A stretch of 64,000 nucleotides of DNA from contig CAVPZO010000038.1 of assembly GCA_963710045.1 (NCBI GenBank), positions 4,792-68,791 on the forward strand, given 5' to 3'. Numbering within the stretch: the stretch's first letter is position 1; every line of letters begins with the position of its first letter. Source of the stretch: an uncultured Alphaproteobacteria bacterium (GTDB lineage Bacteria > Pseudomonadota > Alphaproteobacteria > Rhizobiales > Xanthobacteraceae). The notes below the pieces were generated by a model. The model worked only from the letters and a program-made list of their open reading frames with translations, did no database searches and was not told the DNA's origin. The position numbers and the translations under genes are program-made. Shown here one piece after another: positions 52,567-62,450 of this stretch.

Positions 52567-54225
52567 ATGGCCGATGAGGCTGATGTCATTGTGGTCGGCG
52601 GCGGGCTCGCGGGCCTGGTCGCGGCGACGGAAATTGCCGACGCCGGCAGACGCGTCATCGTGGTTGAACAGGAGGGCGAGCAGAGCCTCGGCGGCCAGGC
52701 CTTCTGGTCGTTCGGCGGGTTGTTCCTGGTTGATTCGCCCGAGCAGCGCCGGCTCGGCATCAAGGACAGCTACGACCTGGCGCTGCAGGACTGGATGGGC
52801 TCGGCCGGCTTCGACCGCGACGACGATCACTGGCCGCGGCGGTGGGCCGAGGCCTATGTGGCATTTGCCGCGGGCGAAAAGCGCGGCTGGCTGCGCGCCA
52901 TGGGCCACCGCATCTTTCCGGTGGTCGGCTGGGCCGAGCGCGGCGGCTACGACGCCATGAGCCACGGCAACTCGGTGCCTCGGTTTCATGTCAGCTGGGG
53001 CACCGGCCCCGGCATCGTCGAGCCGTTCGAGCGGCGCGCCCGCGAGGCACAGGCCAGCGGCCTGCTCAGCTTCCGGTTTCGCCACCGGGTCGATGCGCTG
53101 ACCTCGAGCGGCGGCGCCGTCGATGGCGTCCGCGGAGCGATCCTCGAGCCGTCCAGCGTGGCGCGCGGCGAGAGCAGTTCGCGCGCGGTCAGCGGCGAGT
53201 TTGAACTGCGGGCGCAGGCGGTGATCGTCGCCTCCGGCGGGATCGGCGGCAATCACGACCTGGTCCGGCAGAACTGGCCGAAACGCCTTGGCGATGCGCC
53301 GAAGAACATGATCTCCGGCGTGCCCGCGCATGTCGACGGCCGCATGATCGGCATCACGGAGGCTGCCGGCGCGCGGCTGATCAACCGCGACCGGATGTGG
53401 CACTATGTCGAGGGCATCCGGAACTGGAATCCGATCTGGCCGATGCACGGCATCCGCATCCTGCCGGGGCCCTCGTCGATGTGGTTCGACGCCACCGGCA
53501 CGCGGCTGCCCTCGCCGCTGTTTCCCGGCTCCGACACGCTCGGCCAGCTGCAGTACATCATGGGTACCGGCTACGACTATTCATGGTTTGTGCTGACCCA
53601 AAGCATCATCAAGAAGGAGTTCGCGCTGTCGGGCTCGGAACAGAATCCCGACCTCACCAGCAAGAGCTGGCTGATGACCGCGCGCCGCGCCACCAACAAG
53701 GGCGCGCCGGCGCCGGTGGAAGCGTTCAAGAGCAAGGGCGCCGATTTCATCGTGCGCGACAACCTGGCTGACCTCGTCGCGGCCATGAATGCGCTTAGCG
53801 GCGACAATCTTTTGAAACCCGAACATCTGAAGGTCCAGATCGAGGCGCGCGACCGCGAGATCGCCAATCCTTATGTCAAGGACACCCAGGTGATGGCCAT
53901 CCACAACGCGCGCAAATATATCGGCGACCGCCTGATCCGCACCGCAAAACCGCACCGGATTCTCGATCCCGCGCACGGGCCGCTGATCGCGGTAAAACTC
54001 AACATCCTGACCCGCAAGACGCTCGGCGGATTCGAAACCGACCTGGACTCGCGGGTGTTCGGCAGCGACGGCCAGATCATGCCGGGTCTCTATGCGGTCG
54101 GCGAAGCCGCCGGCTTCGGCGGCGGCGGCATGCACGGCTATCGCTCGCTGGAGGGCACCTTCCTCGGCGGCTGCCTGTTTTCCGGGAGGAATGCGGGGCG
54201 GGCGGCGGCGAAGGCGGTGGCGTGA
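52567..54225 (+). CDS. FAD-binding dehydrogenase (FAD_binding_2 family)
   Basis: GGGLAG, WSFGG, RKTLGG, LEGTFLGGC. Confidence 0.92.
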   Translation: MADEADVIVVGGGLAGLVAATEIADAGRRVIVVEQEGEQSLGGQAFWSFGGLFLVDSPEQRRLGIKDSYDLALQDWMGSAGFDRDDDHWPRRWAEAYVAFAAGEKRGWLRAMGHRIFPVVGWAERGGYDAMSHGNSVPRFHVSWGTGPGIVEPFERRAREAQASGLLSFRFRHRVDALTSSGGAVDGVRGAILEPSSVARGESSSRAVSGEFELRAQAVIVASGGIGGNHDLVRQNWPKRLGDAPKNMISGVPAHVDGRMIGITEAAGARLINRDRMWHYVEGIRNWNPIWPMHGIRILPGPSSMWFDATGTRLPSPLFPGSDTLGQLQYIMGTGYDYSWFVLTQSIIKKEFALSGSEQNPDLTSKSWLMTARRATNKGAPAPVEAFKSKGADFIVRDNLADLVAAMNALSGDNLLKPEHLKVQIEARDREIANPYVKDTQVMAIHNARKYIGDRLIRTAKPHRILDPAHGPLIAVKLNILTRKTLGGFETDLDSRVFGSDGQIMPGLYAVGEAAGFGGGGMHGYRSLEGTFLGGCLFSGRNAGRAAAKAVA

Positions 54226-54305
54226 GGACCGGCACGCCCGGAATTGTAGTGGCGGCAGGCGCACCCGCGCGCTAAGTATCGGCGCCGCAAATTTTGGAGA
54301 GCAAA

Positions 54306-54656
54306 ATGACCATCCAGCGTTTCGAGACCGGGCCGCGCATGAGCCAGGTCGTGATCCATGGCGACACCATCTATCTCGCCGGCGTCGTGGCCAACACCGC
54401 GGCGGGCAAGAGCGTGACGGAGCAGACCAAAGACGTGCTCTCGATCATCGATAGCCATCTTGCGAAAGCAGGCAGCGACAAGTCGAAGCTGCTGTCGGCG
54501 ACGATCTATCTTCCCGACATGGGCACCTTCGCGCAGATGAACGCGGTGTGGGACAGCTGGGTTTCGCCCGGCAATACCCCGGCGCGGGCTACCGTCGAGG
54601 CCAAGCTTGCGGCGCCCCGATATGGCGTTGAGATCATGGTGACCGCGGCGCGGTAA
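54306..54656 (+). CDS. RidA/YoaB family protein
   Basis: RMSQVV, MNAVWDSW, PARATV. Confidence 0.92.
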   Translation: MTIQRFETGPRMSQVVIHGDTIYLAGVVANTAAGKSVTEQTKDVLSIIDSHLAKAGSDKSKLLSATIYLPDMGTFAQMNAVWDSWVSPGNTPARATVEAKLAAPRYGVEIMVTAAR

Positions 54657-54668
54657 CGCTGGCCCGGC

Positions 54669-54698
54669 GGGAACCTATTTGCCTGTGCCGCATCCAAC
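54669..54698 (+). promoter_or_regulatory. ECF promoter (autoregulatory)
   Basis: GGGAAC-N16-CATCCAAC; the same motif recurs at 55436. Confidence 0.75.
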
Positions 54699-54738
54699 CC
54701 ATCAGCGGCACAGTGTAATCGGACCCCGGGTGACTATC

Positions 54739-55431
54739 ATGCGGCCTGCGCAAGCCTCGCAAATTAACCCCGTCGGTATCGACGACGCCGAACTGGTCCG
54801 GCGCGCCTGCGCCCGCGACGAGGCCGCGATTCGATGCATCATGCAGGCGAACAATCGCAGGCTCTACCGGATTGCCCGCGGCATCCTGCGCAACGACGGC
54901 GAGGCCGAGGACGTGGTGCAGGAAACCTGGGTCCGCGCGTTCACCCATCTGGAGAGTTTTCGTGGCGATTCCAGCCTCGCCACCTGGCTTGCCCGCATCG
55001 CCATGAACGAGGCGTTGGGCCGCTTGCGCCGGCAGCGCCCGAGCGTCGAATTGAGCACCTTGCCGCCGGGCGCGCTGGAAGCGCAGATCATCCAGTTCCC
55101 GCTTTCGGCCGCATCCGAGGATCCGGAAAAGACCATGGCACAACGTGAAATCCAGCATGTCGTCGAACACGCCATCGACGAACTGCCCGAGGCCTTTCGC
55201 ATCGTCTTCATCACCCGCGTGATCGAGGGCATGAATGTCGAGGAAACCGCCGAACTGCTCGACCTGAAGCCGGAAACCGTGAAGACGCGGCTGCATCGTG
55301 CCCGGACCATGCTGCGGGACAATGTGGAAAAGAAAATCGGCCCGGTGGTGATGGAAGCGTTTCCGTTTGCCGGCAGGCGCTGTGAGCGCCTGACCGAGGC
55401 GGTTTTGAAAAGGCTCGGCCTGGCCGCATAA
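54739..55431 (+). CDS. ECF sigma factor with C-terminal RCE motif (ECF29-like)
   Basis: AEDVVQE, TVKTRLHRAR, FPFAGRRCERL. Confidence 0.9.
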   Translation: MRPAQASQINPVGIDDAELVRRACARDEAAIRCIMQANNRRLYRIARGILRNDGEAEDVVQETWVRAFTHLESFRGDSSLATWLARIAMNEALGRLRRQRPSVELSTLPPGALEAQIIQFPLSAASEDPEKTMAQREIQHVVEHAIDELPEAFRIVFITRVIEGMNVEETAELLDLKPETVKTRLHRARTMLRDNVEKKIGPVVMEAFPFAGRRCERLTEAVLKRLGLAA

Positions 55432-55435
55432 TTTC

Positions 55436-55465
55436 GGGAACGTTTCCGTCCGCGCTCCATCCAAC
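55436..55465 (+). promoter_or_regulatory. ECF promoter of the DUF4142-cupredoxin operon
   Basis: GGGAAC-N16-CATCCAAC. Confidence 0.75.
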
Positions 55466-55526
55466 TCCTGTGTTCAACCAATCGCGCCGGCGACTCAAAA
55501 TCCCGGCGCCACAGGAGTGTCAGACC

Positions 55527-56048
55527 ATGTTCGTTCGATTGAGCGCGGCAATCGCCGCGGTTAGCCTGTTGAGCGGGGCTGCTTTCGCGCAGGGCGCAAA
55601 ACCCACTGACCCGCAGATCGCGCATATCGCCTACACCGCCGGCGTGCTCGACATCAACGCGGCAAAGCAGGCGCAGAGCAAGGCCAGCAACAAGGAGGTC
55701 AAGGCGTTCGCCGACGACATGGTGCGCGACCACGAAGCCGTCAACAAGCAGGCGCTCGACCTGGTGAAGAAACTGAAAGTCACACCCGAAGACAACGATA
55801 CCAGCAAGACCCTGTCGAAGAACGCCGCCGACAAGCTCGCCGAACTCGGCAAGCTGAGCGGCGCGGCCTACGACAAGGCGTACGTCGCCAACGAAGTCGC
55901 CTACCACAAGGCGGTCAATGGCGCGCTGGAGACGCTGCTGATTCCATCCGCCAGCAATGCCGAACTGAAGAGCCTGCTGCAGACCGGCCTGAAGATTTTC
56001 CAGGGCCATCAGCAGCATGCCGAACACGTCGCCGCGGCGCTGAAGTAA
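55527..56048 (+). CDS. DUF4142 secreted ferritin-like protein
   Basis: Signal peptide; VKAFADDMVRDH, YDKAYV, EVAYH. Confidence 0.85.
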   Translation: MFVRLSAAIAAVSLLSGAAFAQGAKPTDPQIAHIAYTAGVLDINAAKQAQSKASNKEVKAFADDMVRDHEAVNKQALDLVKKLKVTPEDNDTSKTLSKNAADKLAELGKLSGAAYDKAYVANEVAYHKAVNGALETLLIPSASNAELKSLLQTGLKIFQGHQQHAEHVAAALK

Positions 56049-56058
56049 GGAGCATCAC

Positions 56059-56376
56059 ATGATGCTGAGATGGGTTCTCCCGATTGCTGCAGCGCTGATG
56101 TTGGGAGCGCCCGCCTCGGCGCATGCGGCGACGATTCAAATCACGATAGACAATCTGGTGATCTCGCCGGCGGAAGCCACCGCAAAAGTCGGCGACACCG
56201 TCGAGCTGATCAACAGGGATATTTTCGCCCACACCGCGACCGCGCGAAACGGCGATTTTGACGTGGCGATGCCGCCGAAGAAAACTATGACGCTGGTTTT
56301 GAAGAAGGCGGGCAAGATCGAATATTACTGCCGCTTTCATCCCAACATGAAGGCGACGCTCACCGTCGCGCCGTGA
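56059..56376 (+). CDS. cupredoxin (amicyanin/plastocyanin-like)
   Basis: AHTAT, YYCRFHPNM type-1 Cu ligands. Confidence 0.9.
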   Translation: MMLRWVLPIAAALMLGAPASAHAATIQITIDNLVISPAEATAKVGDTVELINRDIFAHTATARNGDFDVAMPPKKTMTLVLKKAGKIEYYCRFHPNMKATLTVAP

Positions 56377-56935
56377 TCCGCTGCAGCGCCATCGCCAGCC
56401 CGACCGCGACGCCGGCCTGCCAGACCGGATAGAGCACCGAGGCAAGATCGAGGTCGAGCGCATTGTCGAGCGCCAGCAGCGCGCCGGCGACGGCGCCGAT
56501 CGCCAGCATCGGCAGCCACGCAACCGGATCGCGCGGGCCGGCCGGCAGCAGGCAGATCCCGAGCGCCATCAGCGCCGAGCCGACAAGACCTCCGGCGAGG
56601 CCGGCATAGATATTCCTGAGCACCTTGGCGGCATCCCCGACCTGCCCGTCGATCCAGATCGCGGCATTCACCGCGCACACGAACGCGATCATCGTGATGA
56701 CCGCCGCGGCCACCGCCGCCCACCACGGATTGGCGCTCAACCGGCGCACCAGAACCGCAACAAGGATCGCAAACGGCAGTCCCAGCAGCGCGATCCGGAA
56801 ATCTCCGGGTGCGCCCGCGATCTTGTCGATCAGCGGCTGAAACAGCGGCGTCAGCATGCCGGTCAGCACGCCGGCGGCGGCGATCGTCCGCAGGCTGTTG
56901 CGGCTTCGGTCAGGGGAGATGATCGTGTCGGTCAA
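56360..56935 (-). CDS. hypothetical membrane protein
   Basis: About 6 TM segments, host-like codon use. Confidence 0.7.
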   Translation of the reverse strand: MTDTIISPDRSRNSLRTIAAAGVLTGMLTPLFQPLIDKIAGAPGDFRIALLGLPFAILVAVLVRRLSANPWWAAVAAAVITMIAFVCAVNAAIWIDGQVGDAAKVLRNIYAGLAGGLVGSALMALGICLLPAGPRDPVAWLPMLAIGAVAGALLALDNALDLDLASVLYPVWQAGVAVGLAMALQRITARR

Positions 56936-57233
56936 CGCCGTCCCCTTGCTTTAGAGACAATCCCGGGCGAACGGGCGGGTGGCGGAAATAGCCCGGCCAA
57001 CTCGCATCCGCACAGGACCCTACCACGTTCTGAAGCAGTTCTCCCCAACCTGCGACACGCGGCGACCGCGATCAGCGAGCTTCAAGTCTGCCAGTTCGTG
57101 AGCGGGGCACAGAGCGTTTAGCTCAACGCTTCCACGGCGCAAAAAAAGAAGCCGCCCGAGAGCGGCCTCTTTCAACTCAGCGGTGGAGCAACAGCTAGCC
57201 GCCACCGGCCAGCACGAACACGTGTTGGAGTGG

Positions 57234-57482
57234 TCAGTCGCGCTGGTGGATGATGACCTTGTCCCGCGGCTCGCGGCGCTCTTTCCGAATCACAACGGTC
57301 GAATCACGGGGCTCACGCTCCTTGATGACCGTGGTCCTGCGCTCGTAGCTCGGGCTTTGGCCAACCGTCACACCGGCGCCAACCGGGCCGACGCCAACGC
57401 CGATACGGGCTTCTTCCGCGGTCGCAACGCTCGCAGTCAGGGTAAACCCCGCCGCGGCCAAGAAAATAAGAGTGCGTTTCAT
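57234..57482 (-). CDS. small secreted hypothetical protein
   Basis: GAGG RBS, signal peptide, TxVIxxxE.R repeats; terminator-like hairpin near 57141-57171. Confidence 0.7.
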   Translation of the reverse strand: MKRTLIFLAAAGFTLTASVATAEEARIGVGVGPVGAGVTVGQSPSYERRTTVIKEREPRDSTVVIRKERREPRDKVIIHQRD

Positions 57483-57599
57483 CGTTCAGTTCCTCAGGTG
57501 CTGCCCGACGAAATAACCACGCTCCGCGGGCTCGGTTCCGGATTTTTTCCGATGGAGCCGGCGGAACAAAATGATCGCGGCAGATCGTTCAAAGTGGTC

Positions 57600-57673
57600 T
57601 GGAGCGGGCGAAGGGAATCGAACCCTCGTATGCAGCTTGGGAAGCTGCCGTTCTACCATTGAACTACGCCCGC
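57600..57673 (-). tRNA. tRNA-Gly (CCC)
   Basis: GCGGGCGTAGTTCAATGGTAGAACGGCAGCTTCCCAAGCTGCATACGAGGGTTCGATTCCCTTCGCCCGCTCCA. Confidence 0.98.
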
Positions 57674-57917
57674 GATATCGAGAAGCAAATTTCGGCAATC
57701 GACTTGGAAGGAAATTGGCAGGAAGTTCTAAATCGAGTACCGCCGCCGACAGATAGCGCAAAGAACGCCTGCAGTGAAGCGGAGAAGCCGTCCCAGATAC
57801 GCGCCGGTATCGCCAATGCCGCCACCAGGACTTACCGCGTGTGGGTTGGCAATGATGAAAGGAATTGTTGCGGATAACGGATGCTTTCCGGCCGCCGGGC
57901 GGGACCAGATGCTACCC

Positions 57918-58085
57918 CTACGGGTCCACACCGAGCGCGATTTCCTCGTCCCGGCGTTCGTCGGCCTGGGTGTCGTAATCGTCGGCCAATCGCCGCAGAC
58001 TGATTTGCAGCATCGGATCGGTGGAGTCGCGGGCGAGACGGCGGGCCTGCTCGGCCTTGTCGCGCAGATGCAACGAGGTTTCCAT
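57918..58085 (-). CDS. small helical hypothetical protein
   Basis: LRDKAEQARRLA...LRRLADDY pattern seen in small rhizobial proteins. Confidence 0.6.
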   Translation of the reverse strand: METSLHLRDKAEQARRLARDSTDPMLQISLRRLADDYDTQADERRDEEIALGVDP

Positions 58086-58454
58086 GTGCTCACACTCGCT
58101 AGGGGGGCGGGAGCACAACACTCTCAGTCACCGGCAACGGCCACGGGTCCACCCGGTGATGGCCGAACCTACACCCAAATGTCGGGTTCCCGACATTAAA
58201 TTTTCGAGGCGATGCCGCCGGCTTGGTGATGGTGGATGTCCCTGTCGATCCGGCGTGCATCGCGGCGAACGGATTGGCGAACTTCCAAAAATTTTTCTGT
58301 CGTTGAGTTTTGCCGACCCAGGCGGTTCCAAAGCTTCCGTCCGCAGCGTCACCTGCCCAAGGGCCGTCTCCCGCCCGGCCCTTAACCCAACCCGCATTTT
58401 CCAGGTGCAGCCGCTTATGACGGTGCTATGATCCGCTCCGGGGTGACGTCGCGT

Positions 58455-59033
58455 ATGTCAGGGCGTGGGTACACGGTATTCGATAGTTCGGTCGGCCGAT
58501 GCGGCATCGCATGGGGCGAACTGGGCGTGTTGGGCGTGCAATTGCCCGAGGCGCGCGAGATCGAAACCCGGCGCCGGCTGTTCCAGCTATTCCCCGACGC
58601 CCGCGAACTCCGCCCGCCTCCGGAAATCCAGAGCGCCATTGACGGTATCGCGGCGCTGCTGCGCGGCAAGGTGGCCGATCTGTCCGAGGTCCGGCTCGAT
58701 ATGACCGGCATCCCGCCGTTCAATGGCCGGGTCTACGAATTCACCCGCACCATTCCGCGCGGCGAGACCATGACCTATGGCGAGGTCGCGGCGCGCTTGA
58801 AGGCTTCCGGCGCCTTCCATTCCGTGGCGCAGGCGATTGCAAAAAATCCCTTCATGATCATCGTGCCGTGCCACCGCGTGCTCGAAGCCGGCGGCTACGC
58901 GGACAGGATTTCGGCCAATGGCGGCAGCATTTCCAAGCGCCGGCTGCTGTCGATCGAAGGCGCCGGCAGCCCCGGCAGCAGGACGCTGTTCGACGTGCTG
59001 CTTCCGGTTGCCCCGCCCCGCCCGCAGGGCTAA
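58455..59033 (+). CDS. ogt: methylated-DNA-protein-cysteine methyltransferase
   Basis: IPRGETMTYGEVA, VPCHRV. Confidence 0.92.
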   Translation: MSGRGYTVFDSSVGRCGIAWGELGVLGVQLPEAREIETRRRLFQLFPDARELRPPPEIQSAIDGIAALLRGKVADLSEVRLDMTGIPPFNGRVYEFTRTIPRGETMTYGEVAARLKASGAFHSVAQAIAKNPFMIIVPCHRVLEAGGYADRISANGGSISKRRLLSIEGAGSPGSRTLFDVLLPVAPPRPQG

Positions 59034-59042
59034 AATCGCCGC

Positions 59043-59885
59043 ATGACGGCAACCACGATCCTGCAGCGCGGCCCGATCTCCGTGTACGACTACCGCTGCA
59101 CGGCCGGGCCGGACTCAAAGCCCTTTGTCGAGCAGCACCACGGCCATTCGATCGCCTATGTTCGCAAGGGCAGTTTCGGTTGCACCAAGCGCGGACGATC
59201 GTTCGAGCTGGTGGCGGGATCGATCCTGGTCGGCCATCCCGGCGACGAATATGTCTGCACCCACGATCACCACATCTGCGGCGACGAATGCCTGTCGTTC
59301 GTCCTGAGCCCCGAACTGGTCGACAGCATCGGCGGCAACGTCGAGGCATGGCGCATCGGCTGCGCGCCGCCGTTGCCGGAATTGATGGTACTCGGCGAGT
59401 TGGCGCAGGCGGCGACCAGCGGCCGCAGCGATGTCGGGCTGGACGAAATCGGCCATGCCTTCGCCAATCGCTTTGTCGAGGTGGTTTCCGGGCGAACGCA
59501 AAAGCCGGTCCAAGCCATGCTGCGCGACCGCCGCCGCGCGGTAGAAACCGCCCTCTGGATCGATGCGCATTCGCACCGGCAGATCGAGCTCGAGGATGCC
59601 GCCGGTCAGGCCGGCCTCAGTCCGTTTCATTTCCTGCGACTGTTTTCCAGCGTGCTCGGCGTGACCCCGCACCAGTATCTGGTGCGCTCGCGGCTGCGCC
59701 ATGCGGCGCGTTTGCTGGCCGATGACGACCGCCCGGTCACCGATGTCGCCTATGATGTCGGATTCGGCGACCTCTCCAATTTCGTGCGCACCTTCCACCG
59801 CGCCGCCGGCGTCTCGCCGCTGCGGTTCCGCCAGGCCTCCCGCGGCGACCGCAAGATTCTCCAAGAACGGCTAACCGTGCACTGA
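59043..59885 (+). CDS. AraC family regulator
   Basis: [22 protein letters not shown]. Confidence 0.93.
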   Translation: MTATTILQRGPISVYDYRCTAGPDSKPFVEQHHGHSIAYVRKGSFGCTKRGRSFELVAGSILVGHPGDEYVCTHDHHICGDECLSFVLSPELVDSIGGNVEAWRIGCAPPLPELMVLGELAQAATSGRSDVGLDEIGHAFANRFVEVVSGRTQKPVQAMLRDRRRAVETALWIDAHSHRQIELEDAAGQAGLSPFHFLRLFSSVLGVTPHQYLVRSRLRHAARLLADDDRPVTDVAYDVGFGDLSNFVRTFHRAAGVSPLRFRQASRGDRKILQERLTVH

Positions 59886-59933
59886 CTAGGGTGATCTCCG
59901 GATCGCGCTGTTGCGCAGATAAGGGAGATCATC

Positions 59934-60290
59934 ATGTACGACCACATCGGACTGAAAGTAAGGAATCTGGACGCCAGCGTGCGCTTCTACGAAGCCGCGC
60001 TAAAACCGCTTGGCTACGTGCTGTGTTCGCGCGACGGCAGCGGCGCGGGTTTTGGCCCCAGGGACGAGCCGGCGCTGTGGCTTTACCTCAGCAAGGACGC
60101 GGGCCCCGGCGCGCATATCGCATTCCGCGCACCGGATCACGCCGCGATCAAGCGCTTCCACGCCGAGGGCGTGAAAGCCGGCGGCCGTGACAATGGCGGC
60201 GCGGGCCCGCGCGCCGATTACAGCCCGACCTATTACGCTGCGTTCCTGATCGACCCCGACGGCAACAATGTCGAGGCGGTTTGCACCTGA
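59934..60290 (+). CDS. VOC/glyoxalase family protein
   Basis: DHIGL, HIAF, DPDGNNVEAV. Confidence 0.92.
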   Translation: MYDHIGLKVRNLDASVRFYEAALKPLGYVLCSRDGSGAGFGPRDEPALWLYLSKDAGPGAHIAFRAPDHAAIKRFHAEGVKAGGRDNGGAGPRADYSPTYYAAFLIDPDGNNVEAVCT

Positions 60291-60309
60291 CACGCGCGAC
60301 ACACGCCAC

Positions 60310-60413
60310 CGTCATTCCGGGGCGCGCCTCTTCGGCGCGAACCCGGAAATCCAGAGCAGTGCACGGTGCTGGATTCCGGGTCTGCGCCCAAGAGGGCGCA
60401 TCTCGGAATGACG
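60310..60413. repeat. CGTCATTCCGG-type palindromic repeat
   Basis: CGTCATTCCGGGGCGCG...CGGAATGACG. Confidence 0.82.
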
Positions 60414-60470
60414 TAAGCATTCACATCCTCTCAGGATGACCAATCATCTTGCTCATAGGAGAACATCACC

Positions 60471-60872
60471 ATGGCTTCCATCCACAAAGACATCTCACTC
60501 GACGCCCGCCCGGAAGACGTCTGGGCGGCGGTGCGCGATTTCGGCGCCTTGCATCAACGGCTGGTGCCAGGCTTCGTGCTCGACACCAAACTCGATGGCG
60601 ACGCGCGGATCGTGAATTTCGCCAACGGCACGGTGGCGCGTGAACTGCTGGTCGATTGTGACGATGCCCGACAACGGCTGGTCTATGCCGTGATCAGCGA
60701 GCGGGTGAAGCAGCACAGCGCGTCGGTGCAGGTGTTCGCCGACGGCGACGCGCGCAGCCGGCTGGTCTGGATCGTCGATGTGCTGCCGAACGAGATCGCG
60801 CCCTACATGGATGCGCAGATGGATCTGGGCGCAGCGGCGATGCAGAAGAATTTCCGGCGCGACGCGGCTTAG
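60471..60872 (+). CDS. SRPBCC family protein
   Basis: VWAAVRDFG, RIVNFANG. Confidence 0.88.
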   Translation: MASIHKDISLDARPEDVWAAVRDFGALHQRLVPGFVLDTKLDGDARIVNFANGTVARELLVDCDDARQRLVYAVISERVKQHSASVQVFADGDARSRLVWIVDVLPNEIAPYMDAQMDLGAAAMQKNFRRDAA

Positions 60873-60873
60873 G

Positions 60874-62319
60874 TCAAGACAGCACCGGCCTGATCTGCGG
60901 AACCGGCGCGGCTTTCGGTCCCCATCGTGTCAGCACCACGCTCAAGGCCGACAGCGTACCGAGCACCACCATCGACGCTGCCGCAAGCGTAAAGAAGTTC
61001 GCGGCGGTCGGCTCGTGCCGCAGCAGCCACCAGCCGCCGACCGCCACAAATACCAACCGCGCGGTCTGCGCCAGCACCGGACCGAAAACCTTCGCCGCTC
61101 CTTGCGAGGAAAAATACATCGAGATCGACAGCCCGATGAAGGCGTACATCGGCGCCGCGGTATGAAGATATTGCCGGCTGGCGGCGCGCACGCCGGGATC
61201 GTCGGTGAAGATATTGACCCAGATATCGGGAAAGATCGCGATCACCGTCGCGATCAGGCCGACCGACACGAATGAAACAAGACCCGCCGTCCAGGCGATC
61301 CGCCGCGCCCGCGCCACGCGGCCCGCGCCGATCGCCATGCCGACCATCGGCACCGATGCGATGCCCACCGCGAACGCGATCGACGTCAGCATGAATTCGA
61401 GCCGTGCGCCGATGCCGTAGCCGGCCAGCACCTCGGTGCCGAAGTCTGCCAGCATGCGGGTGAAGATGGTGATGGTCAGCACCGACTGCAGCGGCGAGAA
61501 GCAGGACACCGCGCCGACTTTCAGGATATCGAAGAACATGCCGCGCTGGATTCGCAGTCCCTTGATGACGAAATTGATCCGCGCGCGGCCGGACAGAATG
61601 TACCACGCCATGATCGCTCCGCTGATCGAATAGGCGATCAGCGAGCCGGCGGCGACGCCGCGCATGCCGAATTGCGGCACCGGCCCGAGCCCGAGGCCGA
61701 GCGTGCCGCCGAGAACGATCTGACAGATCGCAGAACCGAGCACCATCAGCGACGGCAGCTTCATGTTGCCGGTGCCGCGCAGGATTCCCGCCAGCGTATT
61801 CATCAGCCAGGCGATGACGACGCCGCCGAAGAATATCTGGATGTAGCCGACCGCCTGCGCGAGCACGTTGCCGCGGCCGCCGAGCAATTGCAGCAGCGCC
61901 GGTCCGAACAGCAGCATCAGCAGCGTGAACGCCAGCCCGAAGGTGATGCCGATCAGCAGCGCATGTGACGCCAGCATCGAGGCGCGTTCGACATTGCCGG
62001 CGCCGAGCGCGCGCGCGATCGCCGACGACACCCCGCCGCCCATGGCGCCGCCCGACATGGTCATGGTCAGGATCACGAACGGAAACACCAGCGCCATCGC
62101 CGCCAGCAATTCCACGCCGAGCCGGCCGATATAGGAGGTTTCCGCGATGACTACGCAGACGCCGGCGCTCAGCGCCACGACATTCGGCCACGCCAGCCGC
62201 AACAGCGTGCGCAGGATCGGACCGTCGACCAGCGAATTACGGGCCGGCGCCGTGATCGGCGGAAGCGGCTGCCTTTCCTCGTCGGCTAGCGGTATTTCGG
62301 CGACGCCGATATCGGACAT
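60874..62319 (-). CDS. MATE family efflux transporter
   Basis: LRLAWPN, LRGTGNMK, GYGIGARLE. Confidence 0.92.
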   Translation of the reverse strand: MSDIGVAEIPLADEERQPLPPITAPARNSLVDGPILRTLLRLAWPNVVALSAGVCVVIAETSYIGRLGVELLAAMALVFPFVILTMTMSGGAMGGGVSSAIARALGAGNVERASMLASHALLIGITFGLAFTLLMLLFGPALLQLLGGRGNVLAQAVGYIQIFFGGVVIAWLMNTLAGILRGTGNMKLPSLMVLGSAICQIVLGGTLGLGLGPVPQFGMRGVAAGSLIAYSISGAIMAWYILSGRARINFVIKGLRIQRGMFFDILKVGAVSCFSPLQSVLTITIFTRMLADFGTEVLAGYGIGARLEFMLTSIAFAVGIASVPMVGMAIGAGRVARARRIAWTAGLVSFVSVGLIATVIAIFPDIWVNIFTDDPGVRAASRQYLHTAAPMYAFIGLSISMYFSSQGAAKVFGPVLAQTARLVFVAVGGWWLLRHEPTAANFFTLAAASMVVLGTLSALSVVLTRWGPKAAPVPQIRPVLS

Positions 62320-62450
62320 TTCCGCTCCCTGACCTGCCGATTCTGACGCGGCGCGGCTATCTCCTAGCACCGATCAGCGGCGAAACCATGCCTTCGGGCG
62401 CATTAGGGGTCTGCGCGAATGCGGCCGCGCATTCCGGGCCGCGAAATTGG

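Noticed and set aside
57020-57205. 61-aa ORF or gene remnant
   Set aside because: Overlaps a terminator hairpin and shows no recognisable motif.
57553-57565. TGGAGCCGGCGGA resembling the tRNA-Gly 3' end (possible att remnant)
   Set aside because: Short, mismatched, only ~45 bp from the tRNA, and no integrase nearby.
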